A DNA stretch of 64,000 bases, from assembly GCA_965208325.1 (NCBI GenBank), contig OZ242326.1, forward strand, positions 854,725-918,724. The letters run 5' to 3'. A program made the position numbers and the translations under genes. A model generated the notes under the pieces. The model saw nothing but the letters and a program-made list of their open reading frames with translations, was not told where the DNA came from and did not search any database. Source of the DNA: Candidatus Poribacteria bacterium (GTDB lineage Bacteria > Poribacteria > WGA-4E > PCPOR2b). The first letter of the stretch is position 1; the number at the start of each line of letters is the position of its first letter. Of the stretch, positions 31,284-39,212 are shown piece by piece.

Positions 31284-31694
31284 GCTTGGGAAGGGGTTGT
31301 CGGTATTGATTACAGTATATCAAATTCGAATTTTCTGATAAACAGAAAAAACAGACAATCCCTCTTGACAAAATCTGCAATTTTCGTATAATGAGAAACG
31401 GTCGTGTAGATTGTAGACACTTGCTAACGCCATGTTCTAGCCATTCAGCGGAGAAGAATGCGATTCGTTAAACCGAGTTTTTTCTTCAAAACTCGGTTTC
31501 TGTAATTTGATATCAATCGGTTTGGATTTCCAAGCCCTCATTGATAGAACCTGCCTATCCGCGGTAACAATACAATGTGTGAACCATCTCATTGACAAAT
31601 ACTAATTTTCGTAATTATTGCATAATCGAATTAATTTGAGCCAGAGATGTTTGATGTTCATGATTACCATTCACGGAAAGTTGCCGTAGCCGTA

Positions 31695-31850
31695 GGGGAT
31701 CAACCGAGTGAATAGCGAGGGATCAACCGACCGAATAGGGAGGGCGATAGTCTTACCTCAACACACCTCCTGTGGGAGCGTCCTCCCGGACGCGATAATC
31801 CCCGAATATTGAGGAAAGGATGCCTCTCCCACCGAGGACATTACGGCGAA
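31695..31850. repeat. modular intergenic repeat locus, second site (same family as 28560-28750)
   Basis: Full copy 'TCAACCGACCGAATAGGGAGGGCGATAGTCTT' at 31723-31754 preceded by a partial tandem copy at 31700-31720. 'CACCTCCTGTGGGAGCGTCCTCCCGGACGC' and 'CCTCTCCCACCGAGGACA' modules occur in a different order from site 1. Confidence 0.75.
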
Positions 31851-31979
31851 TATCAAAAATGTGCCGCCCTAAAAAACTAGCACCAAAGGTTTTGAAGACA
31901 TTTACAGGAATGTGGGAAGGCTGCCATTGAAATTCTTTAATCGCATGTACCCGCACATAGAGAAAAAGAGGATTAAACA

Positions 31980-32879
31980 ATGCGAGTTTTTGTTACGGGC
32001 GGCACCGGATATATCGGCAGCGCCGTTGTATCGGAACTTGTCAAGGGGTCTCACCAGGTAACCGGACTCGCCAGATCGGCGGACAAGGAGACCGAACTGG
32101 CGGATCTTGGAGTCGCACCGGTGCGAGGCGATTTGAGAGACGTTTACGGCTTCAGGGACCTCGCGGCGGAACACGACGCCATCATTCATATCGGCTTTGA
32201 ACGCAGCCCGGAAGGCTACGCCGCCGACCGCGCAGTCATGGAAGCGCTCCTCGCCGCCGCAAACGCCGCGTCCGGCGCCCGCCATGTAATCTATACCTCC
32301 GGTCTGTGGGTACTCGGCACCGTCAGCCAAGACCCCGTGGATGAAGATGCTACGACAGAACAGCCGGTTCCACTCGTCGCCTGGCGCCCGCCGCACGAAA
32401 GGCTGGTGTTGGACGCCGATTCGGAATCGGTGACTACATCAATTATCCGCCCGGGAATGGTTTATGGCGGAGACGGCGGAATCTTAGAGTCGTACTTCAT
32501 TTCGGCGGATAAGGGCGAGCCGGTTGTTCATGTTGGCGAGGGGGTTAACCGCTTCTGCTTTGTGCACCGCGAGGACCTGGCGGAGCTATACCGGCTCGTC
32601 GTAGAGAAACGGGCAGCCGGCATCTTCCACGGGATTGATGATGCATTTATCACAATTTCCGATGCGGCGCGCGCCGTTAGCCAAGCCGCAGGCAAAGGCA
32701 GCCCGGTACATAGCCAGCCGCTCGAAGACGCGCGGGATGAGATGGGATTGTTCGCCGATGCGCTCTGCACCGATCAGGCGGTGGTTGCGCGCCGTTCCCG
32801 TGAACTTGGTTGGCAGCCGCGTCATCCCCCGTTTCCCGAAAGCGCCCGCGCAGCCTATCGTGAGTGGAAAGAAAGTTAA
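31980..32879 (+). CDS. NAD-dependent epimerase/dehydratase family (atypical SDR / NmrA-like) protein
   Basis: 'MRVFVTGGTGYIGSAVVSEL' Rossmann. 299 aa. Confidence 0.65.
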   Translation: MRVFVTGGTGYIGSAVVSELVKGSHQVTGLARSADKETELADLGVAPVRGDLRDVYGFRDLAAEHDAIIHIGFERSPEGYAADRAVMEALLAAANAASGARHVIYTSGLWVLGTVSQDPVDEDATTEQPVPLVAWRPPHERLVLDADSESVTTSIIRPGMVYGGDGGILESYFISADKGEPVVHVGEGVNRFCFVHREDLAELYRLVVEKRAAGIFHGIDDAFITISDAARAVSQAAGKGSPVHSQPLEDARDEMGLFADALCTDQAVVARRSRELGWQPRHPPFPESARAAYREWKES

Positions 32880-33000
32880 ACTATTTGGGAGTTACGCACT
32901 TCAATAGTGAACAACGATCGATGTTCATTACGAAATGGAGAAAATACTGGGGCATTACCCTTGAAATTGTCGCGCCCTGTGGCGATGAATCTCCTGTAAA

Positions 33001-33100
33001 GTAGTAGGCACACTCCGTGTGCCGTAAGTTACAAATGCTGCTTAACGGCCGGATGGCGGCATCGGGACGAGGTTTACGGCACACGGAGTGTGCCTACTAC
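33001..33100. repeat. palindromic element, copy 2: perfect 27-bp inverted repeat 'GTAGTAGGCACACTCCGTGTGCCGTAA' separated by 46 bp
   Basis: 33001-33027 is the exact reverse complement of 33074-33100. Located 120 bp downstream of the epimerase gene. Confidence 0.85.
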
Positions 33101-33390
33101 GATGCCTTGCGCGTTCAACTGCTTACGTCCTATCCAATTTGAATTTTTGGCATGCGCGAATTCCTTGGGCTAAGGCGTATCAACATTTTGATGTTGCGAA
33201 TGGGTCAATTGACCGTGTGATTTGCCAAAAACCCAAACTGTGTGAGAAGTCCCACCTAGTGGGCAACCGCGAGCGTTGCTCCAATGTAGTGGCAGGTCTT
33301 GTGCCTGACCAAAAACCTCGAAATCGAGATGCGTTAAACTAGTGTCAACAGAATCTAATACAGCCCAATAAAATACAAAAGGAGCAATCT

Positions 33391-34284
33391 ATGAGATTTG
33401 TATCTTTCGCAACCGACGGCGGCTCACATTATGGTATTTTAAAAGATGACCGCGTCCTCGACTTAACAGTGGCGGGCGGCGCAGACCTTCCCAGCGACAT
33501 GCTCGGTTTAATTGACCTTGGGGCTTCCGGAATTGCACGTGCGCAGCAAGTGGCGGACCAGTCACCGGACTCGGCGTGGCAGCCGCTCGATTCATCCAAA
33601 TTGCTCGCGCCTATCCCGGTCCCCCGCCGCAACGTGTTCTGCATAGGCATGAACTACGCCGCCCACGCAGCCGAAGGCGCTTTGGCGAGGGGCGTAGAGC
33701 CTTCACTTCCCACAGTACCGGTTTTCTTCACAAAAACCACGACCGCGGTCACGGGACCATATTCGGATGTCCCGTTCGATGCCGCCGTATCCGATCAGAT
33801 TGACTGGGAAGTCGAATTGGCGGTCATCATCGGCGGGCGCGGGAAGAACATCTCGCCGGAATCGGCGATGGACTACGTCTTCGGGTATACCGTCGTCAAC
33901 GACCTCTCGGCTCGAGATTTACAATTCAGCCATAACCAGTTCTTTAAGGGCAAGAGCCTGGACGGCGCGTGTCCGATGGGACCGTGCATTGTGACCGCGG
34001 ACGAGATTTCAGACCCCCATGCACTCGACGTGCGCTGCACTGTCAACGGCGTCCTCAAGCAGGAGTCCAACACATCCGATCTCATCTTCGACATCCCGGC
34101 GACCATTGACTGGCTTTCGCGCGGGTTGACGATTCAACCGGGCGATGTCATCTCCACCGGCACCCCCAGCGGCGTCGGCTTCGCACGAACACCGCCGGAA
34201 TTCCTGTTCCCCGGCGATGTCGTCGAATGCGAAGTCGAGGAAATCGGAATTATAAAAAATCGGATGATTGATGTTGGTGGATGA
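33391..34284 (+). CDS. fumarylacetoacetate hydrolase (FAH) family protein (2-keto-4-pentenoate hydratase-like)
   Basis: 'FCIGMNYAAHAAE', 'DWEVELAVIIG', 'GYTVVNDLSARDLQ', metal-ligand pattern of the FAH family. 297 aa. Confidence 0.7.
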   Translation: MRFVSFATDGGSHYGILKDDRVLDLTVAGGADLPSDMLGLIDLGASGIARAQQVADQSPDSAWQPLDSSKLLAPIPVPRRNVFCIGMNYAAHAAEGALARGVEPSLPTVPVFFTKTTTAVTGPYSDVPFDAAVSDQIDWEVELAVIIGGRGKNISPESAMDYVFGYTVVNDLSARDLQFSHNQFFKGKSLDGACPMGPCIVTADEISDPHALDVRCTVNGVLKQESNTSDLIFDIPATIDWLSRGLTIQPGDVISTGTPSGVGFARTPPEFLFPGDVVECEVEEIGIIKNRMIDVGG

Positions 34285-34351
34285 ACATCTCCTCTCCCGA
34301 CTACTACATAATCAACATTAAATCTTTCATCACGCTAAGCGAATTCAGGTA

Positions 34352-37237
34352 TTGGCAATGAGGAAATCGGTCACACCCGTCCCCAATCCCCAGCAACAGA
34401 AGGCGATTCGGACAACAGAAGGGCCGCTGCTCATTATTGCTGGTCCTGGATCTGGAAAGACCTTTACGCTTGTTGAGCGTATCAATCTCTTAATTTCGCA
34501 AAAGGGAATTCCGCCGGAATCGCTCTTCGTCGCAACTTTTACTGAAAAAGCCGCGGCCGAACTGATCAGTCGAATCTCACTAAAATTGGATTCCGCCAAA
34601 ATCACCGCCAATCTGAACGAGATGTACATTGGCACCTTCCACTCCATCTGTCTTCGATTTCTTGAGGAACACCGTAGATTTACCCGCCTGGCGCGCAACT
34701 TCACCTTATTAGATCAATTCGATCAGCAGTATTTTCTTTATCAGCGCTTGTCTGACTATCAGGCGATTGAGGGAAGTGAGCATATTTTGGATAATCCAAG
34801 AGCTACATGGTGGGGTAAGGCGGAAAATCTTATGAAATGGGTGAACAAGGTGAGCGAGGAGGCGCTTGCCCCGGAAGATTTGCTTGATGCCGACGAGCCT
34901 GAAGTTCAAGCGCTTGGACGCTGTTATCAACAGTATCAGGCACATCTCGAAGCCGAAAACTGCCTTGATTTTTCCACGATTCAAGTTGAGGCGTTGCGTC
35001 TGCTCGACCAATACCCGGAGGTACTTGACGAGATTCGCACTAAGATTCAGTATTTGATGATCGATGAGTTTCAGGACACCAACACCGTTCAAGAAATCAT
35101 CCTGTTCAAACTTGCCGAACCGAACTACAATCTCTGCGTTGTAGGTGACGATGACCAAGGACTTTACCGATTTCGGGGCGCGACGATACGTAACATTCTC
35201 CAATTCCCGCAGCGGTTCCCGCCGGGAGATTGCCAGCAAGTCAAACTCACGACCAACTACCGATCGCACCCGGATGTCATCGGTTTTTACAACGATTGGA
35301 TGGATAGCCTTGATTGGTCCGAGGACGGCAAAACTTTCCGCTATGAGAAAACAATTGTTGAAAACTCGGAACGAGAATTCACGGAGGTGCCGGCCGTGCT
35401 GAAGGTCTCAGGTGAATTAGACTCTGAGAACTGGCACGAGGAAGTCCTTGCGTTCCTTCGCCACCTAAAAGGCAACGGTTCATTGACGGATTGGAATCAG
35501 GTCGCATTCCTTTTTCGATCGGTGCGGAATGAGAAAGTCGTTGCACTCGCAGGCGCGTTGGAGGAAAACGGAATTCCCGTCTATTCCCCGCGATCTAATC
35601 TGTTCTTCGACCGGGCAGAAATTCGCCTCATGATCGGCGCGTTAATTTTCCTCTTCCCCCAATTTGAAAATGTTCGGAAGTGGAATAAAGACGCTTCGCT
35701 TGATATCTGGAACTATTACGATGACGACTGTTTTCGGGATTTTGCTGACGAACTCCGCAAGCCAGACAATAAGTCTATGTTGGCGTGGTGCAGAAGGCGA
35801 GCAAAAGCGCATCTCCACCTGATAGAGTCGACAGACTATGCCTTCTCTGGGCTGTTCTACGAATTGTTGCAGTTTCCACTATTCAGTCAATACCTTGGCG
35901 AAGCTACGCAAGGCGGAGCAATAGACACCCGTCCTGCCCGAAACTTGGCAATTTTATCCCAACTCCTCAGCAAGTATGAGTATCTGCATCACATCAACGT
36001 CTTAACGCCTGATTATCTGAACACGAATCTACGCAGGTTGTTCAATCGTTATTTTCGATTCCTTAAAGAGGGTGGGATTGAAGAATTCGAGGATGCGTCT
36101 GATTATGCGCCAACAGGCTGCGTCTCCTTCATGACGATTCATCAGTCTAAAGGGTTGGAATTTCCGGTTGTATTAGTAGGCTCAATGGAAGCCAGACCTT
36201 ACAAGCAACACACGGACCTTGATGCTGTGCTCCAGCGGAATTACTATAGAAAGCCGCCGTTTGAACCATTGGAGAATACCAAAAGCTATGACTTCTGGCG
36301 ACTTTTTTACACGGCATTTTCCCGAGCACAAAATCTACTAATTCTCACCTGTCAGGAACGAAAGGGGCGGTGGCCTGCTCCATCTGGATATCTCAGCGAT
36401 TCCTACGCTCAAACCTGCGCATGGCGGGACCCCGCATTTCAATCACAAAACCTCACACTTGAAACAATCAGGGAAGTATCTCTAAAGCATGAGTATTCAT
36501 TCACGTCCCATATCACCCTATATGAGAACTGCGCGCGGCAATACAAATTCTACCGCGACCTCCAGTTTGCCCCAATTCGGCGGAACCCAATCCTCTTCGG
36601 GGTCGTGGTACATCAGACTATTGAGGACATCCACAAAGCCGTTCTACGAGGCGAAGAAAACAGTGTCACTGATGAACAAATTTCGCGCTGGTTCAACGCC
36701 AACTATACTCACCTGTCTCGTCAAGAACGCCTTTATTTAAGCGCGGGCGGCCAAAATGCCGCCTTGGAACACGTCCTGAGATATGCTCACCGTGAGCGCA
36801 GAACATGGGATCGCCTTCGCGAAACAGAGGTCAAGGTTTCCGTTGTGAAGGACACCTACTTTTTAACCGGACATGTGGACTTAATCCGCGGCGAAGACGA
36901 GTCAATGGAAATTGTGGATTTTAAGTCGGAACGTAAACCTGACCTATTTGGCGAACGCGAGACGTTAGACCGCTACCGGCGTCAACTCGAAGTCTATGCC
37001 CACATTGTAGAAGGACGCACCGGGCACAAGATTAGTAGAATGCACCTCTACTACACAGGAGAGGACAATAGTAATCCTTATGTCAGTTTTGACAAGAATC
37101 CGCGCTCAATTAATCGCACGATGGCAGCCTTTGACGATGTCGTTGAGCGTATCGAAGCAAAAAATTTCGAGATATCGGGACGTCCGGAGAAACTGTGCAA
37201 GAATTGTGACATGAAGGCATATTGTGATGCGATATAG
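34352..37237 (+). CDS. UvrD/PcrA-like SF1 helicase fused to C-terminal Cas4/AddB-like PD-(D/E)xK nuclease with Fe-S Cys cluster
   Basis: Helicase motifs 'QQQKAIRTTEGPLLIIAGPGSGKTF' (Q/I), 'VGDDDQGLYRFRGA', 'TTNYRS', 'TIHQSKGLEFPVVLV'. C-terminal nuclease with 'YENCARQYKF', 'VDLIRGEDESMEIVDFKSER', 'QLEVYAHIV' and terminal 'CKNCDMKAYCD' (four Cys). Confidence 0.7.
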   Translation: MAMRKSVTPVPNPQQQKAIRTTEGPLLIIAGPGSGKTFTLVERINLLISQKGIPPESLFVATFTEKAAAELISRISLKLDSAKITANLNEMYIGTFHSICLRFLEEHRRFTRLARNFTLLDQFDQQYFLYQRLSDYQAIEGSEHILDNPRATWWGKAENLMKWVNKVSEEALAPEDLLDADEPEVQALGRCYQQYQAHLEAENCLDFSTIQVEALRLLDQYPEVLDEIRTKIQYLMIDEFQDTNTVQEIILFKLAEPNYNLCVVGDDDQGLYRFRGATIRNILQFPQRFPPGDCQQVKLTTNYRSHPDVIGFYNDWMDSLDWSEDGKTFRYEKTIVENSEREFTEVPAVLKVSGELDSENWHEEVLAFLRHLKGNGSLTDWNQVAFLFRSVRNEKVVALAGALEENGIPVYSPRSNLFFDRAEIRLMIGALIFLFPQFENVRKWNKDASLDIWNYYDDDCFRDFADELRKPDNKSMLAWCRRRAKAHLHLIESTDYAFSGLFYELLQFPLFSQYLGEATQGGAIDTRPARNLAILSQLLSKYEYLHHINVLTPDYLNTNLRRLFNRYFRFLKEGGIEEFEDASDYAPTGCVSFMTIHQSKGLEFPVVLVGSMEARPYKQHTDLDAVLQRNYYRKPPFEPLENTKSYDFWRLFYTAFSRAQNLLILTCQERKGRWPAPSGYLSDSYAQTCAWRDPAFQSQNLTLETIREVSLKHEYSFTSHITLYENCARQYKFYRDLQFAPIRRNPILFGVVVHQTIEDIHKAVLRGEENSVTDEQISRWFNANYTHLSRQERLYLSAGGQNAALEHVLRYAHRERRTWDRLRETEVKVSVVKDTYFLTGHVDLIRGEDESMEIVDFKSERKPDLFGERETLDRYRRQLEVYAHIVEGRTGHKISRMHLYYTGEDNSNPYVSFDKNPRSINRTMAAFDDVVERIEAKNFEISGRPEKLCKNCDMKAYCDAI

Positions 37238-37277
37238 CAAGAGATTCAAATCGACGCAAGACGCAAGGAGAAGATTC

Positions 37278-39194
37278 ATGGAAACACAATCCCATCTCAA
37301 AATTTTAGAACCTATTAATTCTGTTGAATCATACGAATTTGAGCCTATTCAGGGTTACCCCATGCTCAACTGGAAAGGTAAACGCCCTTTCCGATCCACA
37401 CAATACTATCCAGCCCAACTTAAAGAGACGTATGGTGAGGAAGTAGAGGGTTGGCAAAACAAAATATACTGGGGCGATAACTTGCAGGTAATGAGCCATT
37501 TACTTAAAACCTTTCGGGGCAGGATAAACTTGATTTACATTGATCCCCCGTTTGATTCAAAGGCAGACTACAAGAAGCAAATAGAACTTAAGGGAAAGAA
37601 AGTTGAGAACGATAAAAGTGCATTTGAAGAGAAACAATACACTGACATTTGGACGAATGATGAGTATTTACAATTCATGTATGAGCGATTAATCTTGATG
37701 AAAGAATTGTTGGCAGATGATGGGACGATATATGTTCATTCTGACTGGCGAATGAATAGTTACCTTCAATTGGTTTTAAATGAGGTGTTTGGGAAGAGTA
37801 ATTTTCTTAACTTGATAACATGGCGACGGCAAATAGTCCGCGGGATGAAAAAATACGCACGATTCATGCCATTCAGTTCGGATTACATTTATCTCTATGC
37901 AAAAGACAAAAGCAAAGCGATTTGGAACAAAATCGAAAAAGTTAATGCTATCTCATTGAAAAAGGCCGAACAAAAATATAAGAAAGATGATAAAGGATTC
38001 TTCCGAACTTCCGACCGCGGGACATACTCGGACGAGAGCATCATTCAACTCTATAAGGAAGGACGAATTCATGTCACGCACGGTGGAAAATTCCAGATAA
38101 AGGAGGGCAAGGTGTCGGTATCAGCCGGCAAAATTGGCATCAAATATTACCGCGAAACAGTTGGTGATAAAGTCCTTGAAAAAACGGTTTTTGATAATCT
38201 ATGGGATGATATATCTGGATTGGGTATTACTCCCCACGAATATCTTGATTACCCAACCCAAAAACCCGAAGCACTGCTCGAACGTATAATCAAAGCCTCG
38301 TCCAATCCCACCGACATCGTCTTGGACTGCTTCATGGGCAGCGGCACGACGCAAGCGGTCGCTATGAAACTTGGCCGTCGCTTCATTGGGGCAGACATCA
38401 ACCTCGGTGCCGTGGAAACTGCGACAAAGCGTCTCCTGATTGTTGCAGCATCGCTAAAGGAAAAAACGGCACAAAGGCGAATTGAAGAAACCCTAATCCA
38501 CTTTTCGGGATTTGAAGTGTATAACGTCAACCACTATGATGTATTCCGAAATCCCGTTGAGGCGAAAGACCTGTTGATAGAGGCATTAGAGATACAACCT
38601 CTGCCAAACGGCGGTATTTTCGATGGCGAAAAGGACGGGCGCATGGTGAAAATCATGCCAATCAATCGAATTTCAACCCGAGCAGACCTCAACGAACTAA
38701 TCGCGGGATTTAACTACCAAACATTTGAAAGGCGTCAGGAAGAAAATCCAGATGCTCCGGTCGAAAAGCTATTACTGGTCTGCATGGGCCACGAACCTGG
38801 CCTCGCCGCAGCACTGCAAAACGAAGTACCTCACAAACTTGACATAGAAATAATGGATGTTTTGCGCGATAAATCCCGACTAGAGTTCAAGCGTGAATCC
38901 GAAGCGAAGATTGTTCGTAACAACGGATACCTAATCATAGAGCAATTCTACCCGATGAACCTTCTTCAAAAGTTGAGCCTGATAGAGGAAAACGTCGCTG
39001 ATTGGCGCGAACTGGTGGAATCTGTAAAGGTTGACTTCAACTACGACGGCGGGGTGATGAACCCATTAGTGGTCGATCTGGCGAAAGAACATCAACTAGT
39101 TGAGGGCACTTACCCCATTCCAGAAGACGCGGGCACAATCCGAGTTAAAATCACCGATTTGCTGTCAGAATCTTTGGAAAAGACAGTGGAATAG
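37278..39194 (+). CDS. mod: Type III restriction-modification DNA methyltransferase (Mod), beta-class N6-adenine/N4-cytosine MTase
   Basis: 'IYWGDNLQVMSHLL...INLIYIDPPF' (motif IV DPPF) N-terminal, AdoMet motif I 'DCFMGSGTTQAVAMKLGRRFIGADIN' C-terminal (beta order). Shine-Dalgarno 'AAGGAG' 9 nt upstream of the ATG at 37278. The ORF's nominal start at 37224 overlaps the helicase gene. Confidence 0.75.
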   Translation: METQSHLKILEPINSVESYEFEPIQGYPMLNWKGKRPFRSTQYYPAQLKETYGEEVEGWQNKIYWGDNLQVMSHLLKTFRGRINLIYIDPPFDSKADYKKQIELKGKKVENDKSAFEEKQYTDIWTNDEYLQFMYERLILMKELLADDGTIYVHSDWRMNSYLQLVLNEVFGKSNFLNLITWRRQIVRGMKKYARFMPFSSDYIYLYAKDKSKAIWNKIEKVNAISLKKAEQKYKKDDKGFFRTSDRGTYSDESIIQLYKEGRIHVTHGGKFQIKEGKVSVSAGKIGIKYYRETVGDKVLEKTVFDNLWDDISGLGITPHEYLDYPTQKPEALLERIIKASSNPTDIVLDCFMGSGTTQAVAMKLGRRFIGADINLGAVETATKRLLIVAASLKEKTAQRRIEETLIHFSGFEVYNVNHYDVFRNPVEAKDLLIEALEIQPLPNGGIFDGEKDGRMVKIMPINRISTRADLNELIAGFNYQTFERRQEENPDAPVEKLLLVCMGHEPGLAAALQNEVPHKLDIEIMDVLRDKSRLEFKRESEAKIVRNNGYLIIEQFYPMNLLQKLSLIEENVADWRELVESVKVDFNYDGGVMNPLVVDLAKEHQLVEGTYPIPEDAGTIRVKITDLLSESLEKTVE

Positions 39195-39212
39195 CGACTT
39201 ATAGGGGAAAAA

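Noticed and set aside
33001-33100. Integron attC site or intrinsic terminator interpretation of the 27-bp inverted-repeat elements
   Set aside because: There are no RYYYAAC/GTTRRRY core sites, no extrahelical-base asymmetry and no adjacent intI, so not attC. There is no downstream T-tract and the arms are 27 bp perfect, so not a typical Rho-independent terminator.
33100-34350. tRNA gene marking the left island boundary (also searched 47950-48550 and 51900-52130)
   Set aside because: No cloverleaf-compatible segment with conserved T-loop 'GTTCRANYC' was recognised by eye. This cannot be excluded without tRNAscan.
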